Of a stretch of DNA of 64,000 nucleotides, positions 48,801-58,039 are shown piece after piece. Both the position numbers and the translations under genes were made by a program. The stretch spans positions 314,188 to 378,187 of the forward strand of contig CAZIEY010000001.1 in assembly GCA_964538855.1 (NCBI GenBank), read 5' to 3'. Origin of the DNA: an uncultured Candidatus Saccharibacteria bacterium. Lineage in GTDB: Bacteria > Patescibacteriota > Minisyncoccia > Phycocordibacterales > JAACPR01. The notes under the pieces were generated by a model. It did not search any database and was not told where the DNA came from. It saw only the letters and a program-made list of their open reading frames with translations. Positions within the stretch are counted from its first letter, which is position 1. Every line of letters begins with the position of its first letter.

Positions 48801-49477
48801 TGGCGGACAAAAATATTGCCACAAAGACACTCGCGTATGTTTTGATTAATTTAGCGAAATTGATGGCGCCTTTCATGCCTTTCTTGGCAGAAAAAATCTA
48901 TCAGGAAATTTCCGGAGCGAATTTTACTTCTGCCGATAAAAGCGTCCATCTGTTAGACTGGCCAAAATTGGCGAAGTCAGATGCAGATGTTGTCGTACAA
49001 ATGCAAAAAGTCCGCAATATCGTCGCGGTGTCTCTCGAAGCCCGTGACCGTGCAGCGATAAAAGTGCGCCAACCTCTCGCAACTCTAACTTTGTCTTCTG
49101 AATTTTCTAAAGTGACTGCCGGGCTAGTTGAAATCATCAAAGACGAAGTGAACATTAAAACGGTCGCGTTTGACGCTTCTCTAAAATCGGATGAAGTGCG
49201 CCTCGATACAGTTTTGACTGAAGAATTAAAATCAGAAGGTGTCGCGCGGGATCTCATTCGCCACATTCAATCGATGCGAAAGGATAAGAAGCTCGAACCG
49301 TCCGATGTGATCGAATTAAAAATCGCAACTGACGAAGCCAGCAAAAAAGTTCTCGCTGCATTCGAATCTGAAATCAAAAAAACGGTGAATGCAAAAGCAA
49401 TTGCGTATAGATCGCCAATCGAAAAATCCGATGCAACTTGTACTTCGGGAATACATTCTTTCGATGTGACTTTCTAA
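45875..49477 (+). CDS. ileS: Isoleucyl-tRNA synthetase (type 2) with inserted histidine-phosphatase domain
   Basis: DGPPFATG.PHYGH, GWDCHGLP, WTTTPWTLP, ISRSRFWGTP and KMSKR motifs; insert RHGEAEHN...ASP..R...TA...VVTH. Confidence 0.95.
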   Translation: MKQKNEQALKKPENGPDMTGQKHSENRGKSEIALLEENVLKFWQDSDIFKKSVERDAPRGEFVFYDGPPFATGVPHYGHILAGILKDAIPRYQTMRGHRVERRWGWDCHGLPIEKLVQDEQKLNTKKDIENFGIKNFNAAAKATVFRYDKEWKEVIPRTGRWVDMENSYTTMDASFSESVMWAFKNLYDKGLVYEDFKTMHISPPLETPLSNFEVNQNYKDITDISVYVKFELKDEPNTFVIAWTTTPWTLPGNVALAVGAEIEYVEVKYNFKDVGEQNYIVAKDRLAHVFKNKEYSIVAELKGTDLVGKSYKPVFDYYAKNQTLENRENGWKIYAADFVTTTDGSGVVHIAPAFGEDDLNLGKANNLPFIQHVNIDGTIKAEVTDFAGRQAKPKATKENPNAHQETDIEVVKYLAHHSSLFEKEKFTHSYPHCWRTDAPLLNYALSSWFVRVTDFRDKMVKLNAKVKWVPEAVGEKRFGNWLENIKDWGISRSRFWGTPIPVWQSEDKTETAVLGSLEEIREKTRGTNTYFVMRHGEAEHNIKHVLNSDNSTPSHLTENGKNKVLKTAENLKSKKIDLIIASPLIRTKETAELVAGVCGISKDSILYDDRIQEVQGGTMNGSTSEQYAKLFPNVIDKFTVTPEGGENISDVKKRAGDFIYEIDRKYQGKTILVVTHEYVMWMLDSVRLGLTNKNASLLKEKSVDYVPTSHLVQFDFAPIPHNDDYELDFHRPFIDDVTFMQAGKKMTRIKDVFDTWFDSGSMPFAINHYPFKKDAFNPGGLLTKSKGFPADFIAEGLDQTRGWFYTLLALNTALFGKAPYKNVVVNGLVLAEDGRKMSKRLKNYPDVDVVLNKYGADALRYYMISSPIVRSEPLNFSEKGIDEVVKKITNRLLNVVSFYKMYGAEEHAESDVRPGGDNPLDNWILNRLSEVAEAMTKGMDQYELDRASRPIFDFVDDLSTWYVRRSRDRFKDADMADKNIATKTLAYVLINLAKLMAPFMPFLAEKIYQEISGANFTSADKSVHLLDWPKLAKSDADVVVQMQKVRNIVAVSLEARDRAAIKVRQPLATLTLSSEFSKVTAGLVEIIKDEVNIKTVAFDASLKSDEVRLDTVLTEELKSEGVARDLIRHIQSMRKDKKLEPSDVIELKIATDEASKKVLAAFESEIKKTVNAKAIAYRSPIEKSDATCTSGIHSFDVTF

Positions 49478-49478
49478 C

Positions 49479-50060
49479 ATGAATCATATTTATCAAACTC
49501 GTGGTTATGTCCTGGCCCATTTCCCGAGTGGGGAATACAACAAACAATTGGTCATTTTGACCGAGCAATTTGGTGTTATTCGTGTGACTGCTCAAGCGGT
49601 CCGTAAAATCGAGTCCAAGCTGCGCACTTCGATTCAGGATTATTCTTATGCAGAATTTTTTCTGGTGCATGGTAAGGGTGGGTGGCGCTTGATTAACACA
49701 ACACAGACTGGAAACTTGTATACTGAAATTACCAAGGAAAGCTTTCCTATGTTTGCGAGAATTTTTTCACTCATCACGAGACTAATTCCAGAGGAAGATA
49801 ATGTGAGCAGGGTTTTCTCTGTGATCGATGAGGCAGTGAAATTTGTGAAAGAACATGAAATTTCTTCGGCAGAATGTGAACACTTGGAAATTCTTGTCGA
49901 TACAAAGATTTTGTTTGACTTGGGGTATATTGAACATCATAGTGAGATTATGAAATCAATCTCAGGAGAAATCACCAGGGACGCTCTTGCGCACATCGGA
50001 TCCAATAAAAGGGAAGCCCTCAAGATTGTGAACCAAGCGATACGAGAAAGCCATCTTTAG
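49479..50060 (+). CDS. recO: DNA repair protein RecO (compact form)
   Basis: E.NK...ILTE.FG.I...AQ.VRK..SKLR OB-fold pattern. Confidence 0.8.
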   Translation: MNHIYQTRGYVLAHFPSGEYNKQLVILTEQFGVIRVTAQAVRKIESKLRTSIQDYSYAEFFLVHGKGGWRLINTTQTGNLYTEITKESFPMFARIFSLITRLIPEEDNVSRVFSVIDEAVKFVKEHEISSAECEHLEILVDTKILFDLGYIEHHSEIMKSISGEITRDALAHIGSNKREALKIVNQAIRESHL

Positions 50061-50077
50061 TGGTATAATTTTTGGAT

Positions 50078-51982
50078 ATGGAAGATCACAAAAGCCGAAT
50101 TGAACGGGTTCAGCAAAAATTGGACTCGCAAAATTTTCACCCAATTCATGAGGAATTTGTCCTACATGAAAAAGAATATAATTTAAAACCGGATTGGCAG
50201 GAAAACCCTGGGCCAGATTATAAGCCGGGAATCATAGAAAAGATTGGGCTTTTTCGGATATTTCTCGGAGCTGCATTCGTCTTTTTCCTCGGCTCACTTG
50301 CGTATGCCGGATTTATCTTTACTCGTGATAATCAACCAACGAGAGGGGATGATGTAACAATTACTGTTGTTGGACCTGTTTCTGTTGGAGGCGGCGAGAA
50401 ATTATCTGTCGATGTTTTAATTCAAAATAATAATGTGGTACCGGTCGAATTAGCTGATTTGGTTGTTGATTTCCCCGAGGGAACAAAGAGCTCTGATGAC
50501 CTTGCAACCGATATTCGTCATACCCGAGAGGACCTCGGGACAATTGAATCTGGCGCAGTAATTCGTCGTACTATCAATGCGGCACTTTTTGGAGAAGAGA
50601 ATTCCACAAAGACAATTACGGTTGGAACGGACTATCGTGTTCAGGGTTCAACTGCAATTTTTGAAAAACGAAAAAGTTTCGACATCGTCTTGAACGCTTC
50701 ACCAATTCGTCTGACTGTCGAAGCGCTTCGTGAAATTTCGGCGGGTCAAGCACTTGAATTAAAAGTCAAAATTGTTTCAAATTCGAGCAAGCGCCTCGAG
50801 AATGTGATGCTTACCGCAAGCTATCCTTTTGGTTTTATGTTCCAAGATTCCAATATTAAACCTTCATTTGATAAAAATGTGTGGCTGTTTGCCGGTCTCA
50901 ATCCAAAAGAGGAGCAGACTATCGTGATTAGGGGTATTATCGAGGGGCAAAATTCCGAAGATCGTTTCTTCAGATTTAATTCTGGAATTGCCAAGGAGAA
51001 TTCCGCCTCAGAATTGGGTGTTATTTTTAATAGCACGACCCATCTCACTACTATCCAAAAGTCTTTCATTGATTTAGCTCTTGTGGTCAATGGCACCGAA
51101 GGGGAAAATCTTTACATGACGAGTGAGGATGGTGCGAACGGGGAATTGGTCTTTTCAAATAATACTAATGACATGATTCGCGATGTGCGTATCGACATGG
51201 AAATTCTCGGATCTGCGATTGATAAAAAGAGCGTCACGGTTGAGAAGGGTTTCTATAATTCAGGAACCAACATGATTAGTTGGAGCTCAGAGACTGACAG
51301 TGAATTCCAAGTGATGAATCCACGCGATACCTTACGCGTACAATTCAGATTTAATTCACTTAACTTTTCATCTGGCGCGTACAACACCAGAAATCCAGAA
51401 ATAAAATTGCGGGCTGGTGTGACAGGAAAACGAGTTTCTGGTAATAATGTCCAAGAAGAGATCGAGACTATTGCAAGTGCGAATATTCGTATTCAGTCCG
51501 ATGTGCCGATTCTTGCGTATACTGCACACGCAGACGGCGTCTTTACTAATAGCGGGCCGATTCCACCTCGGGTTGAGCAAGAGACAACTTATACCATTGC
51601 ATATCAGGTTTCTAATAATAGTAATGAATTACGCAATGCAAAAATAGAAGGAGTTTTACCGTCGTATGTTTCCTGGAATAATTTGGTTCAACCGGAAAGT
51701 GAAATTGTTACCTTTGATTATCAAACTAGGAAATTTACTTGGAACATCGGCACTATTACGCCGGGGGCAGGTTTTGGTCAAAAAGCCGAAACGCTTTCTT
51801 TCAAAGTTACGTTATTACCAAGTGCAAGTCAGATTGGTAGTGCGCCAGATCTCGTCAGGAATTCGGTGTTCACTGCTACAGACTTGTTCACAAATACTAC
51901 TATTACAAAGGCGGTTCCTCCTATTACAACAAAGATCTACAATCAACCTATTGGAAATAATCATCAAAATGTGGTTGAATAG
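50078..51982 (+). CDS. Membrane-anchored protein with multiple Ig-like beta-sandwich domains
   Basis: Single TM followed by repeated beta-rich domains; SGPIPPRV..ETTYTI motif. Confidence 0.75.
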   Translation: MEDHKSRIERVQQKLDSQNFHPIHEEFVLHEKEYNLKPDWQENPGPDYKPGIIEKIGLFRIFLGAAFVFFLGSLAYAGFIFTRDNQPTRGDDVTITVVGPVSVGGGEKLSVDVLIQNNNVVPVELADLVVDFPEGTKSSDDLATDIRHTREDLGTIESGAVIRRTINAALFGEENSTKTITVGTDYRVQGSTAIFEKRKSFDIVLNASPIRLTVEALREISAGQALELKVKIVSNSSKRLENVMLTASYPFGFMFQDSNIKPSFDKNVWLFAGLNPKEEQTIVIRGIIEGQNSEDRFFRFNSGIAKENSASELGVIFNSTTHLTTIQKSFIDLALVVNGTEGENLYMTSEDGANGELVFSNNTNDMIRDVRIDMEILGSAIDKKSVTVEKGFYNSGTNMISWSSETDSEFQVMNPRDTLRVQFRFNSLNFSSGAYNTRNPEIKLRAGVTGKRVSGNNVQEEIETIASANIRIQSDVPILAYTAHADGVFTNSGPIPPRVEQETTYTIAYQVSNNSNELRNAKIEGVLPSYVSWNNLVQPESEIVTFDYQTRKFTWNIGTITPGAGFGQKAETLSFKVTLLPSASQIGSAPDLVRNSVFTATDLFTNTTITKAVPPITTKIYNQPIGNNHQNVVE

Positions 51983-51987
51983 TCTGT

Positions 51988-53373
51988 ATGAAAAAGACAG
52001 ACACACAAAATAATGTAATGGAGGAAATTATCTCGCTTGCAAAACGCCGTGGGTTTATTTTCCAAGGCTCTGAAATTTACGGTGGTCTCGCTGGTACATG
52101 GGATTACGCGCCTCTTGGTGTCGCTCTCAAAAACAATATTAAAAATTTGTGGTGGAAGCGTTTTGTGTCTGATCGCGAAGATATGTACGGAATGGACGCT
52201 GCGATTTTGATGAATCAAAATGTCTGGAAGGCGAGTGGTCACGTGGATACGTTTGCCGATCCTCTCGTTGAAGATTTAAAGACAGGTCGACGATATCGCG
52301 CTGATCATCTTCTTGAAGCTAACAATATTGATCCAAAAGGTATGAAATTGGCTGATATGGATGCGGCAATTAAAAAACACGGCATTAAGAGTCCTGACGG
52401 TCATCCTGTTGGGGAAGTTCGTCAATTTAAAATGATGTTCAAGACTCATGTTGGTGCTATCGAAGACGACACTTCTATCTCATATCTTCGCCCTGAAACT
52501 GCGCAGGGTATGTTTGTGAACTTTAAAAATATCGTCGACACATTTCATCCGAAATTGCCGTTTGGTATGGCACAAATTGGTAAAGCTTTCCGTAATGAAA
52601 TTGCACCTCGTGATTTTACATTCCGTACTCGCGAATTTGAACAAATGGAAATTGAATATTTCGTGGCGCCATCTGATTGGGAAAAAATCTTTGAACATTT
52701 CCGACAACAAGTACATGCGTTCACTGATGACGTCGGTCTGCCAAAAGAAAAAGTCCACGAATTAGAAATTGCAAAAGAAGATTTGGCTCACTATTCAAAA
52801 CGAACTATCGATTTCGAATTTGATTATCCATTTGGTAAAAAAGAACTCTACGGTTTGGCATATCGAACTGATTTCGACTTAAAAGCGCATGCCGACAAAT
52901 CGACAGTGGACCTTTCGTATTTCGACGAAGAAGCAAAAACACGATTCGTGCCACATTGTATCGAACCTTCATTTGGTGTTGATCGAACCGTGCTTGCAGT
53001 ACTCACTGATGCCTACACAGAAGACAGTATGGCTGGCGAAAAACGTGTGTTCTTGAAATTCAAGCCGAGCGTCGCTCCGGTGAAAGTCGCTGTGTTTCCA
53101 CTTCTCAAAAACAAACCAGACCTCGTAACAAAAGCTCGCGAAGTCTACAATCAAATTCGCAAAGCTATTCCTCAAACAATGTTTGATGACAACGGAAATA
53201 TCGGTAAACGATATCGACGTCAGGATGAAATTGGTACACCACTTTGTGTGACTGTTGATTTCGAAACGATTGAACAGGGAACAGGTGTCACTGTGCGCGA
53301 CCGCGATTCTGGAAAACAAGAACGTGTGTCTCTCGAAAATCTCGTATCGTATTTACTCGAAAAACTAAACTAA
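51988..53373 (+). CDS. glyQS: Glycyl-tRNA synthetase, homodimeric alpha2 type
   Basis: KRRGF, YLRPETAQG.F, FRNEI.PR...FR.REFEQ and IGKRYRRQDEIGTP motifs. Confidence 0.97.
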   Translation: MKKTDTQNNVMEEIISLAKRRGFIFQGSEIYGGLAGTWDYAPLGVALKNNIKNLWWKRFVSDREDMYGMDAAILMNQNVWKASGHVDTFADPLVEDLKTGRRYRADHLLEANNIDPKGMKLADMDAAIKKHGIKSPDGHPVGEVRQFKMMFKTHVGAIEDDTSISYLRPETAQGMFVNFKNIVDTFHPKLPFGMAQIGKAFRNEIAPRDFTFRTREFEQMEIEYFVAPSDWEKIFEHFRQQVHAFTDDVGLPKEKVHELEIAKEDLAHYSKRTIDFEFDYPFGKKELYGLAYRTDFDLKAHADKSTVDLSYFDEEAKTRFVPHCIEPSFGVDRTVLAVLTDAYTEDSMAGEKRVFLKFKPSVAPVKVAVFPLLKNKPDLVTKAREVYNQIRKAIPQTMFDDNGNIGKRYRRQDEIGTPLCVTVDFETIEQGTGVTVRDRDSGKQERVSLENLVSYLLEKLN

Positions 53374-53381
53374 TTCGCAAC

Positions 53382-54647
53382 ATGAAATTCAAACGAACTA
53401 TTTTGAAAAACGGCTTGCGCCTCGTTACTGTGCCGATGCCAGAAAATCAGACGGTGACTATGATGGTCATGGCGAATGTCGGTGCGCGATACGAGACTGC
53501 AGAATTGAACGGTATTTCGCATTTTTTGGAACACATGTGTTTCAAGGGGACAACCAAACGCACCTGCGCGCAAATTTCTTTCGAACTCGATGCAATTGGG
53601 GCGAGTTTCAATGCTTTTACAAGCCAAGAGGTGACCGGTTATTATGCCAAGGCTCATTACAAGACGTTTCCAAAAATTACGGAAATTTTGTCAGATATTT
53701 ATTTGAATTCAACTTTTCCTGCTGAAGAATTAGAGAAAGAGCGCGGAGTAATTATCGAAGAAATAAATATGTATGAAGATTTGCCTCAAAGTAAAGTCCT
53801 TGATATTTTCACCGAGGCTTTTTATGGTAATCATCCGATGGGAAAATCGGTAGCAGGTCCGAAAGAGAATATTAAAAAATTTACTCGCAATGATTTTCTT
53901 GCGTATCATAAAAAACATTACACAGCAGCCGCTACTACCGTTGTCGTTGCGGGGAATTTCAAATATGCGGAGGTCAAGAAAATGATCGAAGCATATTTTA
54001 CTGCAGCTAAAAAAGATTCAGTTGTGGTGCCAGAAAAGTTTTCTGCAACACAAATCGCGCCAGTTTCAAGAGTGGTGTTCAAAGAAACTGATCAATCACA
54101 CCTCGTGCTTGGATTTAGAACCTTCGATATGTATAACAAAAAGAGACCAATTCTCAGTGTTTTGTCGGCCGTGCTCGGAGGTGGTATGAGTTCACGTCTC
54201 TTTACGAAGATGCGCGAAGAGTTGGGAATTTGCTATTACATAAAATGTGGCGCGAGTCTCGCAACTGATTCAGGTGCATTCGTAATTCGATCTGGGGTGG
54301 GGAATGGTCGCCTCCAAGAGGCAATCACAGGAATTCTCGGAGAAATTCGCAAAGTTCGTGATGAAAGTGTTTCAAAGCGTGAGCTCGACAAGGTGAAAAA
54401 TGTAATTGTGAGCGATATTGTCATGGGGCTTGAAACTTCAAATCAAAATGCAGATTTTTACGGTGAGCAAGAAATCTTTCACGAGAAAATTAAAGAACCA
54501 ACTGCGCTTATCGCTGCTATTAAAAAGGTCACTGCCGCGCAAATCCGATCCTTGGCACAAGAAATTTTCCAGACCAAAAATATTACCTTCGCAGTGATTG
54601 GTCCAAATAAAAACGAGGCAGAAATCGCTTCACTTCTTAAAGTGTAA
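53382..54647 (+). CDS. M16 family zinc peptidase
   Basis: HFLEH inverted zinc motif; GGGMSSRLF..RE..G..Y. Confidence 0.93.
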   Translation: MKFKRTILKNGLRLVTVPMPENQTVTMMVMANVGARYETAELNGISHFLEHMCFKGTTKRTCAQISFELDAIGASFNAFTSQEVTGYYAKAHYKTFPKITEILSDIYLNSTFPAEELEKERGVIIEEINMYEDLPQSKVLDIFTEAFYGNHPMGKSVAGPKENIKKFTRNDFLAYHKKHYTAAATTVVVAGNFKYAEVKKMIEAYFTAAKKDSVVVPEKFSATQIAPVSRVVFKETDQSHLVLGFRTFDMYNKKRPILSVLSAVLGGGMSSRLFTKMREELGICYYIKCGASLATDSGAFVIRSGVGNGRLQEAITGILGEIRKVRDESVSKRELDKVKNVIVSDIVMGLETSNQNADFYGEQEIFHEKIKEPTALIAAIKKVTAAQIRSLAQEIFQTKNITFAVIGPNKNEAEIASLLKV

Positions 54648-54689
54648 TGTGCGTTGTTTTGGCGCTTTTTGCATGGTATAGTGTTACAA

Positions 54690-55772
54690 ATGAACGACAA
54701 ATTACAGCAACCGGTGTTTATTAACATCACTATGGGGACTATTTTTAAGACCTTTTTTGCGATATTTTTGGTGTATTTACTGTTTGTGTTGCGTGACTTA
54801 TTATTAATTTTGATTACGTCTGTTGTTTTTGCCTCGGCGATTGAACCAGCTGCGTTGTGGCTAATGAAGAAGAAAATCCCGCGCACACTCAGCGTTCTGA
54901 CGATCTATTTGGGAATTATCGCAGTCCTTGGCATCATCTTTTATTTTTTCGCACCACCGTTTGTGAACGATTTACAAAGCTTTGTTAAATCTCTCCCTCA
55001 ATATGTAACTACAGCCAATGAAACTGGTGGTATTTCGCAATTTTCTTCTATCCCTACTGTTAATGCTTTTTTGGAGAGCCTCAAAAATATCGAGAGAAGT
55101 GAAATAATCTCTACTATCAGCGGCAATTTTCCGAACACTGCGGCCGGCCTTCTTTCTACTGCAAGCGTTATTTTCGGAGGTATCTTTAGTATGTTACTGA
55201 TTTTCGTACTCTCGTTTTATCTTGCGGTACAGGAAAATGGAATTAATAACCTTATCCAAATTGTGACACCGATTAAGCACGAGAAATACGTAATTGATTT
55301 GTGGAAACGCTCTCAGAAAAAAATTGGACTTTGGGTTCAAGGACAACTATTGCTCAGTATTATTGTCGGGGTTTTAATTTTCCTCGGACTCACTGTGATT
55401 GGTGTGAATAATGCGTTGATGCTCGCTGTGATTGCTGCTGTGTTTGAATTGATTCCAGTGTTTGGTCCAATTCTTTCGGCGATTCCTGCGGTGCTATTTG
55501 GATTGGGGCAAGGTGGAATCACCATGAGTGTTATTGTTCTTGCAATTTATCTCATCGTACAACAGTTTGAAAGCCAACTGATTCACCCGCTCGTGGTCAA
55601 GAAAATCGTCGGAATTCCTGCACTTGTTGCCATTCTTGCTCTTATTATCGGAGGGCAGGTTGCAGGTTTTCTTGGAATTCTCATCGCGGTGCCTGTTGCG
55701 GCGGCGGTTATGGAATACATTAATGATTTGGAAATTCTCCGCAAGCAACAATCCAAAGAGATACAAAGTTAA
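54690..55772 (+). CDS. AI-2E (PerM) family transporter
   Basis: IP.FGP, Q..E...I.P and G.LIAVP motifs. Confidence 0.9.
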   Translation: MNDKLQQPVFINITMGTIFKTFFAIFLVYLLFVLRDLLLILITSVVFASAIEPAALWLMKKKIPRTLSVLTIYLGIIAVLGIIFYFFAPPFVNDLQSFVKSLPQYVTTANETGGISQFSSIPTVNAFLESLKNIERSEIISTISGNFPNTAAGLLSTASVIFGGIFSMLLIFVLSFYLAVQENGINNLIQIVTPIKHEKYVIDLWKRSQKKIGLWVQGQLLLSIIVGVLIFLGLTVIGVNNALMLAVIAAVFELIPVFGPILSAIPAVLFGLGQGGITMSVIVLAIYLIVQQFESQLIHPLVVKKIVGIPALVAILALIIGGQVAGFLGILIAVPVAAAVMEYINDLEILRKQQSKEIQS

Positions 55773-55778
55773 AATAAC

Positions 55779-57209
55779 ATGAAGAATTTCTACATCACCA
55801 CCACATTGCCATATGTGAATGCAAAGCCTCATATTGGCCACGCTATGGAATTCGTACGTGCCGATGTCGTCGCGCGTTATAAAAGGGCGCAAGGGTTCAA
55901 TGTGTTTTTTAATACTGGTACTGACGAGCATGGTACAAAGATCTTTCAAAAAGCCGCTGAACTTGGCATTCCTGTACAACAATACGTCGATGAGGCTGCG
56001 CTCAATTTCAAGAACCTTAAAGAGCAATTAAATATCTCGTACGATAAATTTACTCGTACTACTGACCCGGCACATATTGCTGCCGCCCAAGAATTCTGGA
56101 AACGTTGTAACGACGCCGGCTTTATTTACAAGAAAAAATACAGCGGACTTTACTGTGTCGGTTGCGAAATGTTTATCCCTGAAAAAGATTTAGTGAAGGG
56201 TGAATGCCCAATGCATCCCGGTCGCAAGCTCGAATTTATTGAAGAAGAAAATTATTTTTTCAAATACTCTGCGTTCGCACCACAATTGCTCGCGCTCTAT
56301 GATCGTCCCGACGGTTTTACAATACCAGCGAGCCGCCAGAACGAAATAAAATCATTTGTAAAATCCGGTCTCGAAGATTTCAGTATTTCTCGCCTCGCGT
56401 CAAAAATGCCGTGGGGGATTCCTGTGCCAGGGGACAGTGAGCATGTGATGTATGTGTGGTTTGATGCACTTACTAATTATATTTCGACACTTGGCTGGCC
56501 AAATACGGATGGAAATTTTGAAAAGTTCTGGGTACACGGTACACCGGTTCAATATTGTGGTAAAGACAATTTGCAACATCAATCAGCGCGCTGGCAGGCG
56601 ATGCTCATGGCGGCTGGTGTTCCTGCGTCACACAAAGTCATTGTGAACGGCTTCATCTTGGGTGCCGACGGTCAAAAGATGTCAAAATCAATTGGTAATG
56701 TGGTTGATCCTCTCGACATTGTGAATGAATACGGTATTGATGCTTTCCGTTATATGATGACGCGCGAAATTCATCCATTCGAAGACACTGCGTTCGGGCT
56801 CGACAAATGCAAAGAGATTTACAATGCGCACCTCGCAAACGGTCTCGGCAACGTGGTCAGTCGTGTAATGAAAATGTCAGAGACTCATATCGCACAGCCG
56901 GTCGATGTTTCTAAGGTTATTATTCCTGATTCATATCATGACGCATTTAATGTATATAATTTGCAAGCGGCCGCGAATATAATTTGGGATATTATCGCTG
57001 GTATTGATCAGACTATTACAGAAATGGAACCGTTCAAGTTGATTAAGACGGATCGCGATACAGCCCTGCGTATTATTAGTCAGTTAGTTACCGAGGTTTA
57101 TCAAGTTGGTTTAATGCTTGCGCCATTTATGCCGACTACCGCGACAAAGATTCAAACTGCTGTGTTTGTAAATAAAAAACCAAACTCTCTCTTTGCTCGA
57201 AAAGACTAA
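55779..57209 (+). CDS. metG: Methionyl-tRNA synthetase (short, no C-terminal OB domain)
   Basis: PYVNA.PHIGH, TGTDEHG.K, YVWFDAL.NY and KMSKS motifs. Confidence 0.97.
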   Translation: MKNFYITTTLPYVNAKPHIGHAMEFVRADVVARYKRAQGFNVFFNTGTDEHGTKIFQKAAELGIPVQQYVDEAALNFKNLKEQLNISYDKFTRTTDPAHIAAAQEFWKRCNDAGFIYKKKYSGLYCVGCEMFIPEKDLVKGECPMHPGRKLEFIEEENYFFKYSAFAPQLLALYDRPDGFTIPASRQNEIKSFVKSGLEDFSISRLASKMPWGIPVPGDSEHVMYVWFDALTNYISTLGWPNTDGNFEKFWVHGTPVQYCGKDNLQHQSARWQAMLMAAGVPASHKVIVNGFILGADGQKMSKSIGNVVDPLDIVNEYGIDAFRYMMTREIHPFEDTAFGLDKCKEIYNAHLANGLGNVVSRVMKMSETHIAQPVDVSKVIIPDSYHDAFNVYNLQAAANIIWDIIAGIDQTITEMEPFKLIKTDRDTALRIISQLVTEVYQVGLMLAPFMPTTATKIQTAVFVNKKPNSLFARKD

Positions 57210-57210
57210 T

Positions 57211-58020
57211 ATGAAATTACGTTATATCGACATACATTCGCATGTGAACTTCTCGGCATTTGATGAGGACAGAGAGGCAGTCATTGCGCGTGCCAAGGAC
57301 AACGGCGTGTCATTTATTGGTATTGGTACCGACATTCAGACATCGCGCCAAGTTGTGCAAATGGCAGAGCAATATGAAAACGCGTACGCTATTGTTGGCT
57401 TGCATCCTGTATATGTAAATGCGACGCGCGACAAGGCGGGCCTACCTGGCGAAGATTTTAATCTCGACGAATATCGTACTCTCGCACAACATCCGCGTGT
57501 GGTTGGAATAGGGGAATGCGGTCTCGACTTTTTTCATATCGAAGGCGATACTGGCGATTTTAAAGCTCGTCAACAAGCCGCATTTGAAGCGCAACTCTCG
57601 CTTGCACTTGAGCTCGACAAACCCGTCATGATTCACTGTCGCGACGCGTACACATCGACCATTAAGACATTGCGAGCCTTCCAAGAAAAATCTGGCGGCA
57701 AATTGCGTGGTAACTTTCACTTCTTTGCCGGCACACTACAAAACGCAAAAGACATTCTCGAACTCGGCTTTACCGTGTCGTTTACGGGCGTCATTACATT
57801 CGCACCTCAATACAAAGAACTCGTTGAATTTGTACCTCTTGATAAAATGCATGCAGAAACGGACTCGCCATACGTGGCGCCGGTCCCATTCCGCGGTAAG
57901 CGCAATGAACCCCTCTACGTCATCGAAGTAGTCAAAAAAATCGCTGAAATTAAGGGTATTTCAATCAAAGAGGTATCGGAACAGTTGGAGAAAAACTCTA
58001 AACAATTGTTCGGAATTTGA
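57211..58020 (+). CDS. tatD: TatD family nuclease
   Basis: DIHSH, GLHP, IGECGLD, IHCRDA and ETDSPY motifs. Confidence 0.95.
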   Translation: MKLRYIDIHSHVNFSAFDEDREAVIARAKDNGVSFIGIGTDIQTSRQVVQMAEQYENAYAIVGLHPVYVNATRDKAGLPGEDFNLDEYRTLAQHPRVVGIGECGLDFFHIEGDTGDFKARQQAAFEAQLSLALELDKPVMIHCRDAYTSTIKTLRAFQEKSGGKLRGNFHFFAGTLQNAKDILELGFTVSFTGVITFAPQYKELVEFVPLDKMHAETDSPYVAPVPFRGKRNEPLYVIEVVKKIAEIKGISIKEVSEQLEKNSKQLFGI

Positions 58021-58039
58021 TCTTGCGTGCTATAATTAT